DNA from: Rhodomicrobium vannielii ATCC 17100
Lineage (GTDB): Bacteria; Pseudomonadota; Alphaproteobacteria; Rhizobiales; Rhodomicrobiaceae
DNA: 24,000 nucleotides
NCBI RefSeq assembly: GCF_000166055.1
Contig: NC_014664.1
Coordinates: forward strand, 807,927 to 831,926
Reading direction: 5' to 3'
Positions 8,104-16,891 of the stretch are shown here, one piece after another. Under the pieces are notes generated by a model that was not told the origin of the DNA, ran no database searches, and was given only the letters and a program-made list of their open reading frames with translations. The position numbers and the translations under genes are program-made. Positions within the stretch are counted from its first letter, which is position 1, and each line of letters begins with the position of its first letter.

Positions 8104-9105
8104 TCAAAGTGCGAAATGTTCGAAGCCTTTGGCCGAAAGGATGAGCGGTTCGCCCGATGGGCCGAGAAAGGCAGGGGGTGACGCGCCTTCCGCGAGCGTT
8201 CCGATGCGGAAGACAGGGCAACCGGCGTCGCGGGCGGTGGCCTCGAAGGCGAGCGAATGCGATGCGGTGTCGGGCGGCACGGCCGCGAGGATTTCGTAAT
8301 CGTCCCCGCCGGCGATGATCGCTTCGATGAGGGCCGGGCAGGCGGCGACTGCAGAGCGCGCGGCTTCGGACAAGGGCAGGGCGCTCGCATCGACCGAGGC
8401 TGTCACGCCCGAAGCGGTACAAAGCCGCGTGAGATCGAGCGCAAGCCCGTCCGACAAATCCATCGCGGCTGAAGCGTGCGCGGCAAGCGCGGGCCGAAGT
8501 GAAACGCGCGGCTCGGGATAGAGATAGCGGCGCGCGAGATGTTCCGTCTCATCCGCAGAAAGCGCCCCGGCGAAGTCGTCAAGGCCGAGCCGCATCTTGA
8601 GGCCGAGCGCCGCGTCGCCGAGCGTGCCGGTGACATAAAGCACGTCGCCGGGCCTGCCGCCGCCGCGGACAAGCGGACGCGCCGGGGCATCGCCAAGCGC
8701 CGTCACCGAAAGCCACCACGGGCCTCGCGCCGTTACCGTATCCCCGCCGATGAGGCTCACGCCAAACGCAGCCTGCGCGCGGGCGAGTCCCTCCGCGAAG
8801 GCACGCGCCCAATCTTCGGTGGGCGCGGCGGGAAGTGCGAGCGTCAGAAGATAGGCGAAGGGCTTTGCAGCCTTGGCAGCAAGGTCGGACACATTTACCG
8901 CGACCGCCTTGTAAGCCGCATCGCCCGGATCGTCGTTCTCGAAGAAATGCACACCAGCGACGAGAGCGTCGGTCGTCATCACAAGCCCGTTCGGCGGCAG
9001 GTCGGATAGATGCGCCGCGTCGTCAGACAGGCCGAACGCGCCCGGATGCGTCGCGAGCGGCGCCAGTATCTCTGCGATGAGCGCGTTTTCACCGAGCCTG
9101 CGCAT
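8104..9105 (-). CDS. thiL: Thiamine-monophosphate kinase
   Basis: Motifs seen: GENALIAEI, TTDALVAGVHF, AVAVNVSDLAAKAA. It sits immediately downstream of nusB, the conserved proteobacterial arrangement. Confidence 0.92.
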   Translation of the reverse strand: MRRLGENALIAEILAPLATHPGAFGLSDDAAHLSDLPPNGLVMTTDALVAGVHFFENDDPGDAAYKAVAVNVSDLAAKAAKPFAYLLTLALPAAPTEDWARAFAEGLARAQAAFGVSLIGGDTVTARGPWWLSVTALGDAPARPLVRGGGRPGDVLYVTGTLGDAALGLKMRLGLDDFAGALSADETEHLARRYLYPEPRVSLRPALAAHASAAMDLSDGLALDLTRLCTASGVTASVDASALPLSEAARSAVAACPALIEAIIAGGDDYEILAAVPPDTASHSLAFEATARDAGCPVFRIGTLAEGASPPAFLGPSGEPLILSAKGFEHFAL

Positions 9106-9212
9106 GCCACACCGTACGAGACTGCGCCGCGCCGGAAAGACGCACAGAAGCTGATCGACAACAGAAACTTGCAGCGTCGAGCCGCGTGCGATTTGTGGTA
9201 CGCTGCACCGTC

Positions 9213-9770
9213 TCAGTTCTCGCTCGAATCATCCCCGAACCTGGTTGCGGCCTTTGTCGGGCCGCCCTTGCCGCCGGATTTCCTGCCGAATTCGCGCGAT
9301 CGCTTTGCTCGCGCCACGCGGTCGAGAACGCCGTTCACCACGCCCGGTTCCTCGCCGCCGAAGAAATCCTTGGCGATCTCGACATATTCGTTGATGACAG
9401 CGCGCGCGGGGACATCGTTGCGGTCGGTCAGTTCGTAAACGCCCGAACGCAGGATCGCCCGCAGGATGCTGTCGATGCGCGACAGCTTCCAGCCCGAGGC
9501 GAGATGGGCCGCGATTTCGAGATCGATCTTCGCCTGTCCGCGCGCGATGCCCTCCACGATGTCGCGGAAGAACGAACGGTCCGCGCCCGCATAGATTTCC
9601 ACGGTCTCGAAACGGCGGCCGAGGAACTCCTGAAGCACGAGACTGAGGTCGCGCTGCGTCATTTCCATCTGATAGAGCGCCTGCACGGCAGCAAGTCGCG
9701 CGCGCGTTCGAGGCTGTCCTGCCGGCAGGTCCGCTTTCGGGCCTGCGTCGTGACCGTCGTCCAAGTCCAT
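9213..9770 (-). CDS. nusB: Transcription antitermination factor NusB
   Basis: ARLAAVQALYQMEM and IDSILRAILRSGVYEL motifs, located downstream of ribH. It carries a Gly/Lys-rich C-terminal tail. The exact start is uncertain because the GGAAG directly abuts ATG 9770. Confidence 0.88.
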   Translation of the reverse strand: MDLDDGHDAGPKADLPAGQPRTRARLAAVQALYQMEMTQRDLSLVLQEFLGRRFETVEIYAGADRSFFRDIVEGIARGQAKIDLEIAAHLASGWKLSRIDSILRAILRSGVYELTDRNDVPARAVINEYVEIAKDFFGGEEPGVVNGVLDRVARAKRSREFGRKSGGKGGPTKAATRFGDDSSEN

Positions 9771-9887
9771 CTTCCAAAGCTTTCGTTAAATCGGCGAGTC
9801 GCCCGCGCAACTCGCGTCGATCATATCAGACCCGCAATCCGCAAAAGCGGCGTGGGGATGCGTTCAAGTATCGCGCAAGAGTCGCGC

Positions 9888-10346
9888 TTACCGGCGAAAC
9901 GCACGCTTCAGGCGAAGCACCTCAAGGCACGCCAGAACGGCCTCGCGGCCCTTGTTCTTGCGGTTAACGTCAGCCCGAGCAAGCGCCTGCGCCTCGTTCT
10001 CGACCGTCAGGATCGCGTTGCCGAACGGAATGCCGTGCCGGATCGCGAGCGAAAGAAGTTGATGCGCCGATTCGTTCGCGACGATGTCGTAATGCGAGGT
10101 TTCGCCCCGGATCACGCAGCCGAGCGCCACGCAGCCGTGAAAAGGCCGGTCGCCGCCCTCGTCGAAGAGATCCGCATCCTTGGCGAGCGCCAGAACCTGC
10201 GGAATTTCGAGCGCGCCGGGGACCGTCTTCACTTCCCACGTTGCGCCGGCTTCGTCGAGCGCGCGCGTCGCGCCCTCAAGCAGCGCATCGCCGATGTGGT
10301 TATAATAGCGGCCTTCGATGATGAGGATATGAACGGGTTTTGTCAT
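9888..10346 (-). CDS. ribH: 6,7-dimethyl-8-ribityllumazine synthase
   Basis: 152 aa with VPGALEIP and HYDIVANES motifs. Its ATG (10346..10344) overlaps the ribB stop in an ATGA. Confidence 0.93.
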   Translation of the reverse strand: MTKPVHILIIEGRYYNHIGDALLEGATRALDEAGATWEVKTVPGALEIPQVLALAKDADLFDEGGDRPFHGCVALGCVIRGETSHYDIVANESAHQLLSLAIRHGIPFGNAILTVENEAQALARADVNRKNKGREAVLACLEVLRLKRAFRR

Positions 10347-11503
10347 TGGTCTTCGATGGGGCGTCGCGCGATGATGTTGAGGCCGTAGCCTTCGAGTCCG
10401 ACGACTTTCGGCGTCGGTGAGTTAGACAGAAGGACCATGTTCTTGACGCCGAGATCAAGCAGGATCTGCGCGCCGATGCCGTAATCGACAAGACGGTTCT
10501 CGGGCGCCTTGCCTTCGGCGATGGCAGCGACGTTCGACAGCCTCGAACGGATCGTGCCCTCGCGCACATCGCGGATGACGACGACCACGCCGCGCTCCTC
10601 CTCGCCGATGCGGCGCATGGCGCGCTCGACGAGCGAACGGCGGTTGTCGTCGTTCCGGCCAACACCGAACAGATCTTCGAGGATGTTGACCGCGTGCATG
10701 CGCACCAGCACCGGCTCGGGGCCGGACACGTCGCCCTTGATAAGCGCGAGATGCTCGGTGTTGTCCACCTCGTTCACATAGACGCGGAGCTTGAAGGCTC
10801 CGCCGTATGGGCTGTTGATGTCGCGCTCGTCCACCTGCTTCACGAAGCTTTCGGTGCGGCGACGATGGGCGATGAGGTCGGCGATGGTGCCGATCTTGAG
10901 GCCGTGCCGCTGCGCGAAGGCGAGCAGATCCGGCATGCGCGCCATGGTGCCGTCGTCGTTCATCACCTCGCAGATGACGCCCGCCGGGAGCAAACCCGCG
11001 AGCCGAGCGAGATCGACGGCGGCTTCGGTGTGGCCCGCGCGCACGAGCACGCCGCCTTCCTGCGCGATGAGCGGGAAGACGTGGCCGGGGCTCACGATGT
11101 CCTGGAAATCCTTCTCCGGATTGATGGCGACGGAGACGGTATGCGCGCGGTCGAAGGCCGAAATGCCGGTGGTGATGCCTTCCTTCGCCTCGATGGAGAC
11201 GGTGAATGCGGTGCGATTGCGCGAGCGGTTCGAGCGCGCCATGTGCTCAAGGTGCAGCACGTCCGCGCGCTCCGGCGTGATCGCGAGGCAGATCAGCCCG
11301 CGCCCGAACCGCGCCATGAAGTTGATCGCATCGGGTGTCGCCATCTGCGCGGGGATGACGAGGTCGCCTTCGTTCTCGCGGTCCTCGGCGTCGACGAGGA
11401 TGAACATGCGCCCCTGCCGCGCGTCTTCGAGGATTTCATCGATCGAGGCGAGCTGGTCGCGGATGACGGCGGGGTCGAGAACGCGCAACTGGTCGGGTTT
11501 CAT
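10343..11503 (-). CDS. ribB: 3,4-dihydroxy-2-butanone-4-phosphate synthase fused to a degenerate GTP-cyclohydrolase-II-like domain (RibBX type)
   Basis: The N-terminal domain has DRENEGDLVIPAQ, GRGLICLAI and HTEAAVDLARLAG. The C-terminal domain aligns with RibA but lacks the zinc cysteines: LVRMHAVNILEDLFGVGRNDDN here against RVHSECLTGD...LRCDCG in E. coli RibA. Confidence 0.92.
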   Translation of the reverse strand: MKPDQLRVLDPAVIRDQLASIDEILEDARQGRMFILVDAEDRENEGDLVIPAQMATPDAINFMARFGRGLICLAITPERADVLHLEHMARSNRSRNRTAFTVSIEAKEGITTGISAFDRAHTVSVAINPEKDFQDIVSPGHVFPLIAQEGGVLVRAGHTEAAVDLARLAGLLPAGVICEVMNDDGTMARMPDLLAFAQRHGLKIGTIADLIAHRRRTESFVKQVDERDINSPYGGAFKLRVYVNEVDNTEHLALIKGDVSGPEPVLVRMHAVNILEDLFGVGRNDDNRRSLVERAMRRIGEEERGVVVVIRDVREGTIRSRLSNVAAIAEGKAPENRLVDYGIGAQILLDLGVKNMVLLSNSPTPKVVGLEGYGLNIIARRPIEDQ

Positions 11504-12102
11504 GAGTTTTCAGCCTGTTGTCCGAGCAGCCGCGCCACGTATCGCGCGATAAGGTCGACCTCCATGTTGATGGAGTCGCCCGGCTGCTTCCCGCCGAATA
11601 TGGTGACTTCGAGCGTGGTCGGAATGAGATTGATGGTGAAAAGCGAGCCGTCCACATCGTTGATGGTGAGCGACACGCCGTCGAGCGCGACCGATCCCTT
11701 CGGCGCGATGAATTTTGCGAGCGCGTCCGGCGCGCGGATGGCGAAGATCTTCGAGAAGCCCTCCGGCGTGATGCTCTCGATGCGGGCGACGCCGTCGACA
11801 TGGCCCGAGACGAGATGCCCGCCCATTTCATCGCCGAAGCGAAGGGAGCGTTCGAGGTTGATCTTGCGCCCCTTGGCCCATCCTCCGAGCGTGGTCTTCG
11901 ACAGCGTCTCGTTGGAGACGTCGACGCGGAAGATCGAGCCGCCGCCGAACGAGTCGACGCCGGTAACGGTGAGGCAGCATCCGTCGCAGGCGATGGACGC
12001 CCCATGCACGATGCCCGTGGCCTCCCACGGACAGGCGATGGCGAAGCGGCCGTTATCGGCCTCAAGGACAGTGCCTTGTGCGGTGATGATTCCGGTGAAC
12101 AT
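11500..12102 (-). CDS. ribE: Riboflavin synthase (alpha chain)
   Basis: MFTGIITAQGTV start, duplicated lumazine-binding halves (SIACDGCCLTV and SVALDGVSLTI), and GGHLVSGHVDG. An ATGA overlap joins it to ribB. Confidence 0.92.
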   Translation of the reverse strand: MFTGIITAQGTVLEADNGRFAIACPWEATGIVHGASIACDGCCLTVTGVDSFGGGSIFRVDVSNETLSKTTLGGWAKGRKINLERSLRFGDEMGGHLVSGHVDGVARIESITPEGFSKIFAIRAPDALAKFIAPKGSVALDGVSLTINDVDGSLFTINLIPTTLEVTIFGGKQPGDSINMEVDLIARYVARLLGQQAENS

Positions 12103-12105
12103 GCG

Positions 12106-13302
12106 TCAATTCTGCCAGTGTGCGGTTGAGCGATAAATGGAAATCGTGTCCGCGCCCGCTTTTCTTTTGTCGAACAGCGTGAATTGGGGCGAGGCGGCAA
12201 CGAGGTCGAGGCCGCGGTCGCCGAAAGGCGGCATGCCCGCCTGCGGGTCGAGGGTTTGGGTGCCCTGCATGATGATGACTTCGTCGGCAAGCCCCGCGTC
12301 GATGAAGCCGCGCGCGGTGGATGGCCCGCCTTCGACGAGAAGGCGCGTGATGCCTTCCGCTGCGACCCGCATCATCGCGAGCCGGAGATTGAGGCGACCC
12401 GTCAGCGATGCGCCGATGTCGAGCACGCGCACGCCGGGGCGGCCGAAGAACGCGGCGCCCTCCGTCGAGTCGCCGCAGACGATCCACACCGGCGGGCGCT
12501 CATTGGCGAAGAGTTTTGCTGCGGGCGGGACATTGCAGCGAGAGGCGAGCACCACGCGAACCGGCGAGCGGTCGGCGAGGCCCGGCAGGCGGCATGTGAG
12601 TTCGGGGTCGTCGGCTTCAACCGTCTTGCGGCCGACGAGGATGGCGTCGGCGCGGGCGCGAAGCAGATGCGCTGCGGCGCGGGCGACATCGCCGGTGATG
12701 AACACGGGCTTGCCGTTTCCGAGGGGTACAAAGCCTGCCGCGTCGACCGCGAGTTTGACCTGAACGAAAGGCCGCCGCTCGGTCACGCGTAAGGAGTGGC
12801 CGAGGTGCAGCCAGTCGCAATCGCGCACGAAAGCGGGCGTGCCACGTGTTGCGCGTACGCCGTGTTGCGCCACATAGGTCAGGCCTCGGCCCCCGACGCG
12901 CGTGTCGGGGTCTAGAGAGCCGTAGATCAAATGAGAAATGCCAGCGTTCACGATGCTATGCGCGCATGGAGGCGTCGCGCCGAAATGGCTGCACGGCTCA
13001 AGCGTGGTGATGATGAGCGCGCCTTTCGCCCGGTCGCCCGCCTCGCGAAGCGCCAGCACCTCCGCATGAGGACGCCCGCCGCGCGCTGTCGCCGCGCTGG
13101 CGATGATCTCGCCGGTTCGCGCGTCTGCCACAACCGCGCCGACGCTCGGGTTGGGCGATGTCGCGCCGATGTTGGTTTGCGCAACGAAAAGAGCGCGGCG
13201 GCAAAGTGCGTCGATGACCGGCGATGAAAGGGGCAACGGCGCGGCGTTATCCGGCGACGTCGTTGGCGTTGCGTTAAGGGAAGTTGCGGCACGGTCGTTC
13301 AT
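12106..13302 (-). CDS. ribD: Bifunctional diaminohydroxyphosphoribosylaminopyrimidine deaminase / 5-amino-6-(5-phosphoribosylamino)uracil reductase
   Basis: Deaminase zinc motifs [11 protein letters not shown] and [14 protein letters not shown], plus a C-terminal reductase-like half. Its ATG overlaps the nrdR stop (ATGA). Confidence 0.92.
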   Translation of the reverse strand: MNDRAATSLNATPTTSPDNAAPLPLSSPVIDALCRRALFVAQTNIGATSPNPSVGAVVADARTGEIIASAATARGGRPHAEVLALREAGDRAKGALIITTLEPCSHFGATPPCAHSIVNAGISHLIYGSLDPDTRVGGRGLTYVAQHGVRATRGTPAFVRDCDWLHLGHSLRVTERRPFVQVKLAVDAAGFVPLGNGKPVFITGDVARAAAHLLRARADAILVGRKTVEADDPELTCRLPGLADRSPVRVVLASRCNVPPAAKLFANERPPVWIVCGDSTEGAAFFGRPGVRVLDIGASLTGRLNLRLAMMRVAAEGITRLLVEGGPSTARGFIDAGLADEVIIMQGTQTLDPQAGMPPFGDRGLDLVAASPQFTLFDKRKAGADTISIYRSTAHWQN

Positions 13303-13778
13303 TTGTCGTCCGAGGCGCGTACGAAGGCGGCGCTGTCAAGCTCGCCCAGCACGCGGTGGAAGTCTTTCGCCTCGCTGAAATCGCGATAAACGCTCGCGTA
13401 ACGGACGTAGGCCACGCCATCGAGCGCCTTAAGCCCCTCCATCACGTGGCGGCCCACGATCTCGGAGGGGATTTCCGACTCGTTCGAGATTTCGAGCTTG
13501 CGCACGATTTCGCTCACGAACTGCTCGATGCGATCCTCGCCGATGGGGCGCTTGCGCGTCGCGATCTCGATCGAACGACGAAGCTTCTCGCGGTCGAACG
13601 GCACGCGCCGTCCGCTCCGCTTGATGATCGTCAGTTCGCGAAGCTGGACGCGCTCGAACGTGGTGAAGCGCGCCCCGCATTCGGGGCAGGACCGCCGCCG
13701 CCGGATCGCCGTGTGATCCTCCGACGGGCGGCTATCGCGCACTTGGGTATCAAGCGCACCGCAAATAGGGCACCGCAT
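13299..13778 (-). CDS. nrdR: Transcriptional repressor NrdR (zinc ribbon + ATP-cone)
   Basis: [44 protein letters not shown] zinc ribbon followed by an ATP-cone-like region. I prefer the start at ATG 13778. The track's 13856 start adds 26 aa with no NrdR-like sequence. Confidence 0.92.
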   Translation of the reverse strand: MRCPICGALDTQVRDSRPSEDHTAIRRRRSCPECGARFTTFERVQLRELTIIKRSGRRVPFDREKLRRSIEIATRKRPIGEDRIEQFVSEIVRKLEISNESEIPSEIVGRHVMEGLKALDGVAYVRYASVYRDFSEAKDFHRVLGELDSAAFVRASDDK

Positions 13779-13816
13779 GGTTCGGCCTGCTCTGGCGGGT
13801 TGCCCGCCGCTTGTCT

Positions 13817-15118
13817 TTACGCCTTGATGCCCGGATAGATCGGGAAGCGCTCGCACAGCGCCAGCGCCTCGGCCTTGACCTTCTCTTGTGCCTTGGTGGC
13901 AGCATCGCCGCCAGTCTTCAGGCCTTCCAGCACATCGACGATCAGCCCGCCGATCTTCGAGAACTCGGCGACGCCGAAGCCGCGCGTGGTGCCAGCCGGT
14001 GAGCCGACGCGAATGCCGGAGGTGATTGTCGGCTTCTCGGTATCGTAGGGAACGCCGTTCTTGTTGACAGTAATGTGGGCGTGCCCGAGGGCCGCTTCCA
14101 CAGCCTTGCCGGTGAGGCCCTTGGGGCGCAGGTCGACGAGCAGCAGGTGATTGTCGGTGCCGCCGGAGACGAGATCGACGCCGCCTTCCTTCAGGCTCGC
14201 GCCGAGCGCCTTCGCGTTGTCGACCACGGCCTTCGCGTATTGCTTGAATTCCGGCTTCAGCGCTTCGCCGAACGCCACCGCCTTCGCGGCGATGATGTGC
14301 ATCAGCGGGCCGCCCTGAAGGCCGGGGAAGATCGCCGAATTGACCTTCTTCGCGAGGTCGGCGTCATTCGTCAGGATGATCGCGCCACGCGGACCGCGCA
14401 ACGTTTTGTGCGTGGTGGTCGTGGCGAAATGCGCGTGCGGGAACGGGCTTGGATGCTGGCCGCCCGCGACGAGCCCGGCGAAATGCGCCATGTCGACAAG
14501 GAGCAGCGCACCCACTTCGTCCGCGATCTCGCGGAAGCGCTTGAAATCGAACTGGCGCGCATAGGCGGACCCGCCCGCGATGATGAGCTTCGGCTTGTGC
14601 TCCTTCGCGAGGCGCTCGACCTGCTCGTAATCGATGGTGCTGTCCTCGCGGCGCACGCCGTAATGAATGGCGTTGAACCACTTGCCCGACTGGTTCGGCG
14701 CGGCGCCGTGGGTGAGATGGCCGCCCATGTCGATGCCCATGCCGAGGATCGTGTCGCCGGGCTTCAGGACCGCGAGAAACACGCCCTGATTGGCCTGGCT
14801 GCCGGAATGAGGCTGCACATTCGCGAAGTCGCAGCCGAAAAGCTGCTTGGCGCGGGCGATGGCGAGTTCCTCGGCCACGTCGACTTCATGGCAGCCGCCG
14901 TAGTAGCGCTTGCCCGGATAGCCTTCCGCATATTTGTTGGTGAGAACCGACCCTGCGGCCTCGATCACGGCGCGGGATACATAGTTTTCGGACGCGATCA
15001 GCTCGATTTCATCGCGCTGTCGTTCAAGCTCGCGGCCGAGCACTTTATAGATGTCGGGATCGGCGTCGGAAAGCGGCGCGGAAAAAAACGATGCGACGGC
15101 GGAAGATGCGGTGGACAT
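13817..15118 (-). CDS. glyA: Serine hydroxymethyltransferase
   Basis: Motifs seen: [28 protein letters not shown], and the PLP-lysine motif [13 protein letters not shown]. The start at ATG 15118 (CAGAGG upstream) gives 433 aa. The track's 493-aa version extends into the leader. Confidence 0.95.
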   Translation of the reverse strand: MSTASSAVASFFSAPLSDADPDIYKVLGRELERQRDEIELIASENYVSRAVIEAAGSVLTNKYAEGYPGKRYYGGCHEVDVAEELAIARAKQLFGCDFANVQPHSGSQANQGVFLAVLKPGDTILGMGIDMGGHLTHGAAPNQSGKWFNAIHYGVRREDSTIDYEQVERLAKEHKPKLIIAGGSAYARQFDFKRFREIADEVGALLLVDMAHFAGLVAGGQHPSPFPHAHFATTTTHKTLRGPRGAIILTNDADLAKKVNSAIFPGLQGGPLMHIIAAKAVAFGEALKPEFKQYAKAVVDNAKALGASLKEGGVDLVSGGTDNHLLLVDLRPKGLTGKAVEAALGHAHITVNKNGVPYDTEKPTITSGIRVGSPAGTTRGFGVAEFSKIGGLIVDVLEGLKTGGDAATKAQEKVKAEALALCERFPIYPGIKA

Positions 15119-15176
15119 ACGGCCTCTGAGTAGCAATGGGTGCTGCGCGCTGGGCAGTATAGAAACTTCCGGCGAG

Positions 15177-15227
15177 ATTGCAATCAAAGGGGCCGATTTT
15201 GCGAGGGTCGCCGCTTGCGATTGCAAT
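15177..15227 (-). promoter_or_regulatory. Two copies of the palindrome ATTGCAAT, 43 bp apart, in the glyA leader; candidate operator pair or leader RNA stem
   Basis: ATTGCAAT occurs at 15177-15184 and 15220-15227, 59-109 nt upstream of the glyA ATG. In RNA the copies are mutually complementary (8-10 bp stem) and enclose a GCGA-CCC-TCGC mini-hairpin. Confidence 0.35.
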
Positions 15228-15322
15228 TCGACGGCAATTTTCCCGCACCTCCACCCAGACGGAAAAGCCACGCTTTGGCCTCCGGGGAAAACGCTCACTT
15301 TATATATATAGTCCTCGCTCGA

Positions 15323-16891
15323 TCACTCCGAAACGCGCGAATATTCGCGGTCGTTGCCTGAGCCGTTGGCGTGCCCGTTGGCGCGCGGCGGTGGAGCCGA
15401 CGCCGGGATCTTGAGCTGCGGGCGAGGCTGCTCCGCGCGGGGCTCAATGTGCATCGACGCCTCGATATCCTGCCAGACCTGCCGCAGGCGCTGAACGTGC
15501 AGATCGTCGAGGATCACCCGCACGAGATGCTCGATGACCTCGATATTGACCCAGGACGACAGCGCCTTGTCGAAATCGCGATAGGTGGCTTCGAGCGGCC
15601 GGATGCCGAAATCGCGCATGATGTTGGTCTTGCCGTCGTTCGCGAGCAGGACCGAGCCGACCATGTGCTTCAGACCCATCGGGGCCGCCGGATCGAGCAC
15701 CGCGTGTTCGAGATCGAAAATGGTGCGGAGGTTGAGCTTCCTTAAAAGGAGAAAGCGCTGCGGCCCGACAGCGGCGCATAGCTGCGCCTGCGCGATCCAG
15801 TCCATTATAATAAAGACACAGAATGGCGTCTCGACATGCAGCATGATCGGGTTGGCGGTCGCGAGGTTCTGCACATTTGCGATGCGGCGTTCTTCAAGGC
15901 GGTAGGACGTCATGAAGTCGATGCCGTCGATGACGGTGAGCGGCGTGATGGCGTTGTGCTTTGAGCCGGAATAGCGGCGATCCAGCGTGAGGCGTGCCTT
16001 TCGCGCCGCCCAGGTGAAGGCCGCATCCGGCACAAAGCCGATGGCGAAGGCGAATAGAAGCCAGATTTTCGGCAAGGGAGCGGGCAACGCGGGTATGGCA
16101 GTCGCTTCGGCGGCGGCCTGTGCCTTGTGCTCGGCTGCGAGTTGCTGCGACGAAGTCGAAAGCATGCTCGTGACCGTTTTCGTCTCGGGAGCGACGCGCC
16201 AGATTACCACCGCGAGCATGACCGCGAAGAGGATGTGAAAGAAGGCGCGCAGCGGCGTTATCACGGAGAAGTCGAACGAAATCAGCGATTTGATGAATAG
16301 TCGGACGCTGTAGAGATACGCACCGGCGAAAGCGAGCGATGCGATGGTGACCACGTTTTCGTAGTCCTTCGGCGTGGGTGCGCTGAGGCCACCGATGCTG
16401 AACACATTCGCGCCAAGCGAGCCGCCGAGGATATCCGGCAATTGGTCGGCGGGCAGGAAGAGGACGAAGAAGCCTGCAGCGGTGAAGAGCACGAAGGGGA
16501 GGCATGCCACGGCAATCAGCCAGTCATGCAGCGTCGTGAACGGATAAGGCGCGGGTGTGGTTTGTGCGGGCGCGGCTCGTGCGGGCGCGGCCTGGGTCGC
16601 CTGCGCCTCATCCTCGCGCGTGACGTATTTGCGCTTCAGGAATTCGAAATAGAGGTCTGTGCGCGGGCCGGGATCGAGCGTTTCGCGAATGAGGCCTGCG
16701 GTGCGAAGCCGATCGAGGCGTGTCTGATGCCGAACGATCATGAAGACGGCGGGGAGAAGCAGCGCGAAAAACAGCCCCAGGATCAGGGCGAGGCTTACGG
16801 GCACCGGGTGTTGCTGGATTACCAACCACAGGGCGAGGGTCGAGAGCAGCCCGAGCGAAAGGGCGCTCATGCTCGCGGGTGAGTACTTCAT
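15323..16891 (-). CDS. Polytopic inner-membrane protein of unknown function (522 aa) with a ~220-aa soluble C-terminal domain
   Basis: GC3-biased ORF with GGGAGA 7 nt upstream of ATG 16891. I judge about 6 hydrophobic helices by eye, plus Ala/Pro/Gln-rich linkers. I recognise no family. Confidence 0.8.
   Translation of the reverse strand: MKYSPASMSALSLGLLSTLALWLVIQQHPVPVSLALILGLFFALLLPAVFMIVRHQTRLDRLRTAGLIRETLDPGPRTDLYFEFLKRKYVTREDEAQATQAAPARAAPAQTTPAPYPFTTLHDWLIAVACLPFVLFTAAGFFVLFLPADQLPDILGGSLGANVFSIGGLSAPTPKDYENVVTIASLAFAGAYLYSVRLFIKSLISFDFSVITPLRAFFHILFAVMLAVVIWRVAPETKTVTSMLSTSSQQLAAEHKAQAAAEATAIPALPAPLPKIWLLFAFAIGFVPDAAFTWAARKARLTLDRRYSGSKHNAITPLTVIDGIDFMTSYRLEERRIANVQNLATANPIMLHVETPFCVFIIMDWIAQAQLCAAVGPQRFLLLRKLNLRTIFDLEHAVLDPAAPMGLKHMVGSVLLANDGKTNIMRDFGIRPLEATYRDFDKALSSWVNIEVIEHLVRVILDDLHVQRLRQVWQDIEASMHIEPRAEQPRPQLKIPASAPPPRANGHANGSGNDREYSRVSE
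16564..16591 (-). repeat. Tandem 15-nt-period repeat inside the membrane-protein gene (encodes AAPAR/AAPAQ)
   Basis: GTGCGGGCGCGGC at 16564-16576 and again at 16579-16591, 13/13 identical. It is in frame and lies in a low-complexity linker. Confidence 0.8.

Noticed and set aside
13299-13816. FMN (RFN) riboswitch controlling the rib genes
   Set aside because: There is no leader to hold one. ribD overlaps nrdR by ATGA, and the glyA-nrdR gap is only 38 nt.
6762-15133. Long + strand ORFs 6762..8018, 9186..10388, 10694..12136, 10791..11552, 11518..12129, 12137..12792, 13284..13838 and 14075..15133
   Set aside because: All lie antisense to minus-strand genes with unambiguous family motifs (hydrolase, nusB, ribH, ribB, ribE, ribD, nrdR, glyA). 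Their compositions are biased towards Arg, Ala, Asp and His, which marks them as shadow ORFs.
13779-15298. N-terminal extensions offered by the ORF track: glyA to 15298 and nrdR to 13856. The same applies elsewhere: GFA to 6219, hemN from 4036, nuclease from 18715, the 130-aa gene from 18139, the 435-aa gene to 21570
   Set aside because: In each case an internal Met preceded by a Shine-Dalgarno-like sequence gives the canonical family N-terminus or a proper signal peptide. The extensions are low-complexity and would overlap leaders or neighbouring genes.
15296-15316. NrdR box at GACTATATATATAAAGTG, next to the glyA-nrdR operon
   Set aside because: It resembles the AT-rich core of the 16-bp NrdR palindrome (roughly ACACTATATATAGTGT). 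However, the flanking CAC/GTG arms are mis-spaced, only one copy is present where NrdR boxes usually come in tandem, and glyA is not a known NrdR target.
15119-15322. ZTP (pfl), THF/THF-II, glycine or SAM riboswitch upstream of glyA
   Set aside because: I looked on both strands for the conserved cores, for example GGGUCG...GACUGGCG plus CCGCCUGGGC for ZTP. I found only loose fragments (CGTCTGGGTG) in the wrong order. The call is not supportable without a covariance-model scan.
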